A DNA stretch of 64,000 nt from positions 1 through 64,000 of IMG/VR virus record IMGVR_UViG_3300031555_003801; one strand, given 5' to 3'. Every line of letters starts with the position of its first letter. Positions within the stretch are counted from its first letter, which is position 1. The position numbers were made by a program, and so were the translations under genes. Source of the stretch: a virus. Taxonomy: Duplodnaviria > Heunggongvirae > Uroviricota > Caudoviricetes. The notes under the pieces are model-generated. The model saw only the letters and a program-made list of their open reading frames with translations, ran no database searches and had not been told where the DNA came from. Positions 56,822 through 64,000 of this stretch are shown piece after piece.

Positions 56822-59800
56822 ATGAGAAAATATTTTAATTGTCATAATCATACTGAATATTCTAATATTAGATTATTAGATTCGATTAATCGACCAAAAG
56901 ATTTAATCAAAAAAGCAATTGAATTAGGTTTAAGCGGTATTGCTATTACAGACCACGAATGTCTTGCTGCACATCCAATAGTGAACAGATTAGCAGAAGA
57001 TTATCCAGATTTTAAAATTGCGTTAGGCAATGAAATTTATTTAACAAATACAAGAGAATCTGGACAAAAATATTATCACTTTATTCTTATTGCAAAAGAT
57101 GAAATTGGTTATCGCGCAATAAAAGAATTAAGTTCGATAGCTTGGTATAACTCTTATTCTGATAGAGGTATGGAAAGAGTTCCATTATTAAAATCAGAAT
57201 TAAAAGAAGTTATGTCCAAGTATAAGGGTCATGTTATAGCGACTACCGCTTGTTTAGGTGGAGAACTTTCTACAAATGCTCTAGGTATGAGCATGTCAGA
57301 GGAAGTTAATGATATGACTTCAGCAAAAATATTTTATGACAATATTCTTAAATTTATGGAATATTGTTTAGATGTTTTTGGTGAAGATTTTTATATTGAG
57401 TGCGCACCATCGACAGATAAAGACCAAATTCAAGTTAATAAAAAACTTTATCGAATTGCGCAAGTATATAATGTAAAAATGGTAGTTGGTACAGATGCGC
57501 ATTATCTCACAGCCGCAGATAGACCAGTTCATAAAGCATACCTTAATTCAAAAAATGGAGATAGAGAAGTAGATAGTTTCTATGAATTTTCTCGTCTCAT
57601 GGATAGTGATGAAATAAATAAATTATTATCTCTTTGTTTTTCAGAAGAAACAATAGATTGGATTTTAGATAATACATTAGAAATTGAAAATAAAATTCAA
57701 AAATATTCTTTATTTCATAAACAAAATATTCCAACAGTAGAAGTTAAGAATTATCCTCCTTTAGAAGTAGAATCTGATTTTACTGGCAGATATAAGCCTG
57801 AATGGAATTTTCCTCATTTAGATGAAATGTTAAGTTCAGATGATATTCAGAATAGATATTGGGTAAATCAATGTCTTGAAAAATTATCTAAATTAAATAA
57901 ATATAACACACAATATTTATCTCAATTAGAAGAAGAAGCAAGAGTAAAATCTATTATTTCTGAAAAGTTAGAAACTAATATGTTTAGATATCCAAACACT
58001 CTTCAGCATTATATTGATATGATTTGGGAGTGCGGATCAATGGTAGGTGCAGGACGTGGTTCATCTTGTGCAGCACTTAATCATTATTTAATGGGTATTA
58101 CACAATTAGACCCGATTGAATGGAATCTTCCATTCTTCAGATATTTAAATGAAGAACGTATTGAACTTGGTGATATTGATATAGATATTTGTCCATCAAA
58201 AAGACCTCTTATTCTTCAAAAGATTAAAGAAGAAAGAAGTCAAATGTTTGATAAGAATATTGATGAATGGGCAAAGAGTAATCTTGGATGTACATTAATT
58301 GCGACTTTTGGAACTGAAAAAACAAAGTCCGCAATTCAAACAGCATGTCGAGGTTATAGAAGTGAAGATTATCCAGATGGTATTGATGTTGATGAAGCAT
58401 TATATATGTCATCATTGATTCCAGAAGAAAGAGGATTTTTATGGTCTATTAAAGAAGTTGTTTATGGTGATGAAGAAAAAGGAAGAAAACCAGTAACATC
58501 ATTTTTAAGAGAAGTAAATAATTATCCTGGACTTTTGGATATTATCATGGCGATTGAAGGTCTTGTCAACCATAGAGGAAGTCATGCATCTGGTGTAATT
58601 TTATTTGAAGGAGATCCATTTGAGCATTGTGCTTTTATGAAAACTCCAAAAGGTGAAATAACTACACAGTTTGACTTACATGATTGCGAATATATGGGAT
58701 TAACAAAATATGACTTTCTGGTAACAGAAGTTCAAGATAAGTTAGTTCAAGCGATTAAATTAATGCAAGAAGATGAAGTTATTGAATCTGAATTAAGTTT
58801 AAGAGAAGTTTATGATAAATATTTTCATCCAAATGTTTTGCCATTAAATGATAATAGAATTTGGAAAGCATTAAGTGATGTATCAGTTATTAATACATTC
58901 CAGTTTGACTCATTAGAAGGATCAAAGACAGCAAAGAAAATTCAACCAAAAAATATTTTGGAAATGACTGCGGCCAATGGCCTAATGCGATTAATGGGTG
59001 AAGAAGGTGAAGAACGTCCAATTGATAAATATATTCGTCAGAAAAATAATATTCAATTATGGTATGATGAAATGACAAAATATGGTTTATCAGAAGAAGA
59101 ACAGAGTTGGCTTGAACCATATTTTAAAGCAGACTATGGAGTTCCACCTGACCAAGAAAGTTTAATGTTAATGTTAATGGATAAAAATCTTTGCGGATTT
59201 ACCTTAGGTGAAGCGAATGCTGCAAGAAAAATTGTAGGTAAAAAGCAAATGTCAAAGATTCCAGAACTTCGAGAAAAAGTATTAACTAATGCAACTTCAA
59301 AAGCATTAGGTAGATATATCTGGAAGTATGGCGCTGGTCCGCAGATGGGTTATTCATTCTCTCGAATTCATGCATTAGCTTATTCATTTATTGGTGTTCA
59401 AACATTATTTATTGCAACTAATTGGAATCCTATCTATTGGAATACAGCTTGTTTAATTGTAAACAGTGGTTCATTAGAAGATAATAGCGAAGAAGAATTA
59501 GTTGATATTTATGAACCAGAAGCTTCTGATTTAGCTGATGGAATTACATTTGTAGATTTACCAGATAAAAGCGCCAAGATTCGCAAAACCGCCTCTACTG
59601 ATTATGGTAAGATGGCTAAGGCAATGGGCGATATTATGAGTGCTGGTATTAAATTAAGTTTAGTAGATATTAATAAATCTGACTTTGGATTTAAACCAGA
59701 TGTAGAAAATAATCAAATTCTTTTTGGAATGAAAGGTTTATTGAATGTAAGTGATGATACTGTTAGAGCTATTATAGCAAATAGACCTTATGAATCTCCT

Positions 59801-60796
59801 AGAGATTTCTTAAATAAAGTAAAACCAAATAAACAAGCAATGATTTCACTTATTAAAGGCGGAGCATTTGATTCTATGATGGATAGAAAAAGATGTATGG
59901 TTTGGTACATTTGGGAAACTTGTGACAAAAAGAAAAGAATAACACTACAAAATATGGGAGGATTAATTAAACATAATTTACTTCCAAAAGATACAGAAGA
60001 AAGAATTTTTGCATTTAAGATTTATGAATTTAATCGTTATTTAAAAGCAATGTGCGCGAAAGACGCAACTCATTATACGTTAGATGAACGCGCAATTGAT
60101 TTCTTAATTTCTTCTGGATATGAAGCATTAATTGAAGAAGATTTTAAATTAAATCTTAAAAACTGGGAAAAGAAATATCAAGCTTGGATGGATGTTTTTA
60201 GAGATTGGATCGCTAAAGATAAAGAGAAGATTTTAAATGATTTAAATAATTCTATCTTTAAAGAAGATTGGGATAAATATGCTAGTGGAACTATCTCTGC
60301 ATGGGAAATGGAAGTATTATGCTTCTATTATCATGAACATGAATTAGCTCACGTAGATAAAGAAAGATATGGTTTTGTTGATTTCTTTGAATTACCAACT
60401 GAACCAGTTGTTGAAAAAACATATCCTCGTGGTGGTAAAACAATTAATATTTTTAAATTAGATAAAATTTGCGGAACTTGTATCGCAAAGAATAAAACAA
60501 AGAGTACAGTTACATTATTAACTACAACAGGTGTAGTTAATGTTAAATTTAGAAAAGAATATTTCACATTATTTGATAAACAGATTTCAGAAAAAGGTGC
60601 AGATGGTGTGAAACATGTAGTTGAGAAATCTTGGTTTAATAGAGGAAATATGATTGTTGTTCAAGGAATAAGACAGGGCGATGATTTTATTACGAAAAAA
60701 TATGCAACCTCTAATGGACATCAGCTTTATAAAATTGACTCAATTACAGCTAACAACGAATTAGTTCTAAAAACAGAAAGGTACATGGGAGAATAA
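56822..60796 (+). CDS. dnaE: DNA polymerase III alpha subunit (DnaE-type, PHP + polymerase core + OB)
   Basis: PHP domain motifs (CHNHTEYS, ITDHE). 1324 aa. No in-frame TAG. Confidence 0.9.
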   Translation: MRKYFNCHNHTEYSNIRLLDSINRPKDLIKKAIELGLSGIAITDHECLAAHPIVNRLAEDYPDFKIALGNEIYLTNTRESGQKYYHFILIAKDEIGYRAIKELSSIAWYNSYSDRGMERVPLLKSELKEVMSKYKGHVIATTACLGGELSTNALGMSMSEEVNDMTSAKIFYDNILKFMEYCLDVFGEDFYIECAPSTDKDQIQVNKKLYRIAQVYNVKMVVGTDAHYLTAADRPVHKAYLNSKNGDREVDSFYEFSRLMDSDEINKLLSLCFSEETIDWILDNTLEIENKIQKYSLFHKQNIPTVEVKNYPPLEVESDFTGRYKPEWNFPHLDEMLSSDDIQNRYWVNQCLEKLSKLNKYNTQYLSQLEEEARVKSIISEKLETNMFRYPNTLQHYIDMIWECGSMVGAGRGSSCAALNHYLMGITQLDPIEWNLPFFRYLNEERIELGDIDIDICPSKRPLILQKIKEERSQMFDKNIDEWAKSNLGCTLIATFGTEKTKSAIQTACRGYRSEDYPDGIDVDEALYMSSLIPEERGFLWSIKEVVYGDEEKGRKPVTSFLREVNNYPGLLDIIMAIEGLVNHRGSHASGVILFEGDPFEHCAFMKTPKGEITTQFDLHDCEYMGLTKYDFLVTEVQDKLVQAIKLMQEDEVIESELSLREVYDKYFHPNVLPLNDNRIWKALSDVSVINTFQFDSLEGSKTAKKIQPKNILEMTAANGLMRLMGEEGEERPIDKYIRQKNNIQLWYDEMTKYGLSEEEQSWLEPYFKADYGVPPDQESLMLMLMDKNLCGFTLGEANAARKIVGKKQMSKIPELREKVLTNATSKALGRYIWKYGAGPQMGYSFSRIHALAYSFIGVQTLFIATNWNPIYWNTACLIVNSGSLEDNSEEELVDIYEPEASDLADGITFVDLPDKSAKIRKTASTDYGKMAKAMGDIMSAGIKLSLVDINKSDFGFKPDVENNQILFGMKGLLNVSDDTVRAIIANRPYESPRDFLNKVKPNKQAMISLIKGGAFDSMMDRKRCMVWYIWETCDKKKRITLQNMGGLIKHNLLPKDTEERIFAFKIYEFNRYLKAMCAKDATHYTLDERAIDFLISSGYEALIEEDFKLNLKNWEKKYQAWMDVFRDWIAKDKEKILNDLNNSIFKEDWDKYASGTISAWEMEVLCFYYHEHELAHVDKERYGFVDFFELPTEPVVEKTYPRGGKTINIFKLDKICGTCIAKNKTKSTVTLLTTTGVVNVKFRKEYFTLFDKQISEKGADGVKHVVEKSWFNRGNMIVVQGIRQGDDFITKKYATSNGHQLYKIDSITANNELVLKTERYMGE

Positions 60797-61350
60797 TGTA
60801 CAATATTATTGCTATTATGGGTAAAGCAGGTAGTGGTAAGGATACTATTTTAAAATAGGTCCTTGCCGCAAGACCTCTTGAATTAAATGAAATTATTCAA
60901 TCAACAACACGACCAATGCGAGAGGGAGAGACAGAGGGCGTTAATTATTATTTTTTAACAGAAGAACAATTTGCTTATAAAGTATTAAGTTATGAAATGC
61001 TTGAAGCAAGTCTTCATAATTGGTATTATGGTACAACCTATGAGGCATTGAGAAGTGATGTTACTAATGTTGGGGTTTTTAATCCTGAAGCATTGAATTA
61101 TATTTATAATAATAAAAATATAAATTTAAGAGTATTTTATATTCATACAGATGATAAAATAAGATTATTAAGACAATTAAATAGAGAACAAAATCCAGAT
61201 GTAAATGAAATTGTTCGCCGATATGGAACAGATGCAAGAGATTTTAATCCGGGTGATTTTGATTTTAAATATACTTTATTAATAAATAATGAAGAAGAAG
61301 ACTTACAAAAATGTGTAGATCGTATTATAGAAGCTATTGGGCAATTTTAA
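60796..61350 (+). CDS. Guanylate kinase-like nucleoside monophosphate kinase, 1 in-frame TAG (60856)
   Basis: MYNIIAIMGKAGSGKDTILK*VLAARPLELNEIIQSTTRPMREGE (P-loop + S-TTR-R-GE motif) from ATG 60796, in frame with ORF-track 60916..61350. Confidence 0.6.
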
Positions 61351-61415
61351 TTAATTTTGTAGCCGCAACACACAAATAAATATACGACTACAAAATATAG
61401 AAGGAGGTTATAATC

Positions 61416-62672
61416 TTGATCAATATAAGAAAACGAAATGGAGAATTAGTTCCTTTTAATAAACAAAAAATTGTCGATGCTATCAACGGCGCACTTGTTG
61501 AAGTTGATGGTCTTCTTTATGAAGAAGATACTGCTAATAGTATTGCAGAAGATGTATATCGTGAAGCAATTAAAAGAGAATTAACAGTAGAAGACATTCA
61601 AGATTTAGTAGAACATTATTTAATGACTTCGGAGCGTAAAGATGTTGCGAAGGCATATATTAGATTTAGATATAAAAAAGAAGTTGCTAGAAATTATAGC
61701 AATGATTTTATTGAAGCAATTAAAGAAAAACTTCGTGCAGAAGATGTTCAAAATCAAAATGCAAATGTTGATGAACATTCATTTGGTGGTAGAACAGGAG
61801 AAGCATCTGGGGTTGTTACTAAAAGACTTGCTTTAGATTTTTTAATCTCTCCAAAAGCAAGAGCAAATCATGAGAATAATATGATTTATATTCATGATTT
61901 AGACAGTTATTTTGTAGGTTCTCATAATTGTTTATCTGTTCCTTTTGACCATTTATTAGCAAATGGTTTTAATACAAGACAAACTGATGTGCGGCCAGCA
62001 GGTTCTGTAAATACAGCATTCCAGTTAGTTGCTGTAATTTTCCAATTACAATCATTACAGCAATTTGGTGGTGTATCTGCAACTCATTTAGACTGGACAA
62101 TGGTTCCTTATGTTAGAAAGAGCTTTGCAAAACATTATAAAGATGGATTAAAATATCTTGCTGATTGGGAAGGTATTGATTATTCCATTGAAAATATGTT
62201 AAAAAACGCAGTAGATTATTCTATTGATGAATTAGATTATAGTGCTTATTGTGATAAAGCATATGAATATGCTATTGATCAAACAAGAAAAGAAGTTCAT
62301 CAAGCAGTAGAGGGTTTATATCATAATTTAAATACATTACAATCTCGTTCTGGTAATCAATTACCATTTACAAGTATTAATTATGGAACTTGTACTCTTT
62401 CAGAAGGAAGAATGGTAATTGAAGAATTATTAAAGGTATCTATTGAAGGCTTAGGTGCTTTACATAAAACATCTATTTTCCCTTGTGGAATTTTCCAATT
62501 AGGAAAAGGTATTAATAGAGAACCTGGTGATCCTAACTATGATTTATATCAGTTAGCATTAGAATCTACTTCAAAAAGATTATATCCTAATTATGCTAAT
62601 ATTGATTGGTCTGGTAATGCAGGATATGACCCTAATGATCCTAAGACTTATTTCTCAACGATGGGTAAGTGA
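61416..62672 (+). CDS. nrdD: Anaerobic ribonucleoside-triphosphate reductase NrdD, exon 1
   Basis: ATP-cone INIRKRNGELVPFNKQKIVDAI and class III RNR core. The ORF stops at 62672 but NrdD sequence resumes about 0.9 kb downstream. Confidence 0.75.
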   Translation: MINIRKRNGELVPFNKQKIVDAINGALVEVDGLLYEEDTANSIAEDVYREAIKRELTVEDIQDLVEHYLMTSERKDVAKAYIRFRYKKEVARNYSNDFIEAIKEKLRAEDVQNQNANVDEHSFGGRTGEASGVVTKRLALDFLISPKARANHENNMIYIHDLDSYFVGSHNCLSVPFDHLLANGFNTRQTDVRPAGSVNTAFQLVAVIFQLQSLQQFGGVSATHLDWTMVPYVRKSFAKHYKDGLKYLADWEGIDYSIENMLKNAVDYSIDELDYSAYCDKAYEYAIDQTRKEVHQAVEGLYHNLNTLQSRSGNQLPFTSINYGTCTLSEGRMVIEELLKVSIEGLGALHKTSIFPCGIFQLGKGINREPGDPNYDLYQLALESTSKRLYPNYANIDWSGNAGYDPNDPKTYFSTMGK

Positions 62673-63557
62673 AAATGCAGCTCATCTAAAATCTTTTGAA
62701 CCTCGCCCGAGGGTGTTTCTTAAAGAGGCTAACGGTTAGGTCTTATTAAAAATAGTTCATTTAATAAGATGAGACCGTGCTAAGATTCATCATAATATTC
62801 ATCATAAGGTGGTGAATATAATGGAAATATATAAAATTACAAATAAAATAAATGGTAAAGTTTATATAGGCCAAACAATTCGTCCTGTTTAGTATCGTTT
62901 TCATAGACACATAAATGATGCAATGCGAAATATTATTGATACACATTTCGCAAGAGCAATTAGAAAATATGGTCCAGATCAATGGCTTCTTGAAGTTATT
63001 GATAACGCGGAAACACAGGAAGAATTAAATCAAAAAGAACAATATTGGATTCAATATTATAATTCTGTTGAAGAAGGATATAATGAAACCGACGCAATCA
63101 ATAAATGTGGCGGAAATACATATCGTTCTAAAACAGAAGAAGAAATGGAAGTTATTAAAGAAAAAATTCGTCAAACAAAAATAGGTAATAAAAATCCTAT
63201 GGCTAAAAAAATTAAACGAATTAATATTCAAACTAGTGAAATTGACATCTTTGAAACGATTATTAATTGTGCTAAGGCTTGTGGAATTAATAATGGAAAA
63301 ACTTCTATTACAACAAGATTAAATGGACAAATTAAAAGTCCATTTAAAGGAAAATGGCTATTTGAATATTATGATGAATAAAGTGTATCGACTATCCCTG
63401 ATGAATGTAAGGGAGTAGGATGTGAGATAGGCGCACATTCGAAGCGGAAGACAACCTCACTTTTGTGAGATGAAGATATAGTCAGCGCCAATGGTGACAT
63501 TGGATAAACGTGTGTAGAACCGCAAATGGCTGGGATATTAATGGACTCGGCCAACAG
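62673..63557 (+). mobile_element. Group I intron in nrdD carrying a GIY-YIG homing endonuclease ORF (boundaries approximate)
   Basis: Intron-like 5' segment contains ACCGTGCTAAGAT (P7-like CCGTGCTAA element of phage group IA introns). It interrupts a conserved gene, as in the T4 nrdD intron. Confidence 0.55.
62821..63381 (+). CDS. Intron-encoded GIY-YIG homing endonuclease, 1 in-frame TAG (62890)
   Basis: MEIYKITNKINGKVYIGQTIRPV*YRFHRH...YNETD (GIY-YIG). Joins ORF-track 62923..63381. Confidence 0.7.
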
Positions 63558-64000
63558 AAAGATGGAAGAGGAAATATTTGTCCTGTTACAATTATTTTAC
63601 CAACACTAGCAATGGAAGCTGTAGAACTAGCAGATAATTTTAGCGAAGATAGTTGGAGCACTGAATTAGAATTAAATATTTTCTTTGATATGCTTGAAGC
63701 AAAGATTGATGAAGCAAAGGATATGTTAATCGAAAGATTTGAATGGATTGCTTCACAGTCACCTAAAGCTGCAAAGTTTATGTATGAAAATGGTTTAATG
63801 GCAGGATATGTTCCAGAAGAAGGAATTAGAAGTGCCCTTAAACATGGTACACTAGCAATCGGTCAATTAGGTCTTGCGGAAACACTTCAAATCTTAATCG
63901 GCACAGACCATACAACTGAAAAAGGTATGGCGTTAGCAAAAAGAATTGAACAAATGTTCAAAGATAAATGTGCGAAATTCAAGGAAGAATATAAATTAAA
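63558..64000 (+). CDS. nrdD: NrdD exon 2 (partial, runs off the window; 5' boundary approximate)
   Basis: ...KDGRGNICPVTIILPTLAMEA... matches the conserved GRxNxGVVTxNLP region of class III RNR, followed by further NrdD-like sequence to position 64000. Confidence 0.6.

Overview
This window is an AT-rich (~30% GC) segment of a large bacteriophage genome (jumbo/megaphage-like), with every recognisable gene on the + strand. All calls are made by eye from the sequence; no tRNA scanner or homology search was run.

Positions 1-12.2 kb form an accessory region. It holds a dense tRNA array of about 27 genes, including an amber-suppressor tRNA with anticodon CTA, a phage-encoded tmRNA, two candidate circularly permuted tRNAs, and a tRNA split by an ORF-bearing ~490-bp insertion. 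Genes that carry in-frame TAG codons are interleaved with the array: two GT8 glycosyltransferase paralogs, a GIY-YIG homing endonuclease, two HipA-like paralogs, and a ThiF/MoeB-type E1.

Positions 12.2-64 kb encode: a YcaO protein; an RNA-repair-like set (vWA/MIDAS protein, DEDDh exonuclease, Rnl2-type RNA ligase, PNK kinase, metallophosphoesterases); twin radical-SAM/SPASM enzymes translationally coupled to a Cys-rich tandem-repeat protein; a flotillin; tail-fibre-like proteins; a CHAP endolysin plus a putative holin; and a replication/nucleotide block. The replication block contains topoisomerase II B and A subunits, RNase HI, NAD-dependent ligase, ThyX, an AAA_24 ATPase, DnaB, primase, a MetK-like protein, RecJ, a Dda-like helicase, an N6-adenine methyltransferase, Pol III alpha, a GMP kinase, and an nrdD gene interrupted by a group I intron that carries a GIY-YIG homing endonuclease.

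TAG is read through in at least 17 genes and is clustered within particular genes. Which amino acid it encodes is not settled: the contexts are compatible with Gln, but the suppressor tRNA has a long variable arm. A conserved sigma70-like promoter (TTGAAA-N17-TATAAT with an extended TG -10) recurs about 20 times or more, and canonical rho-independent terminators are frequent.
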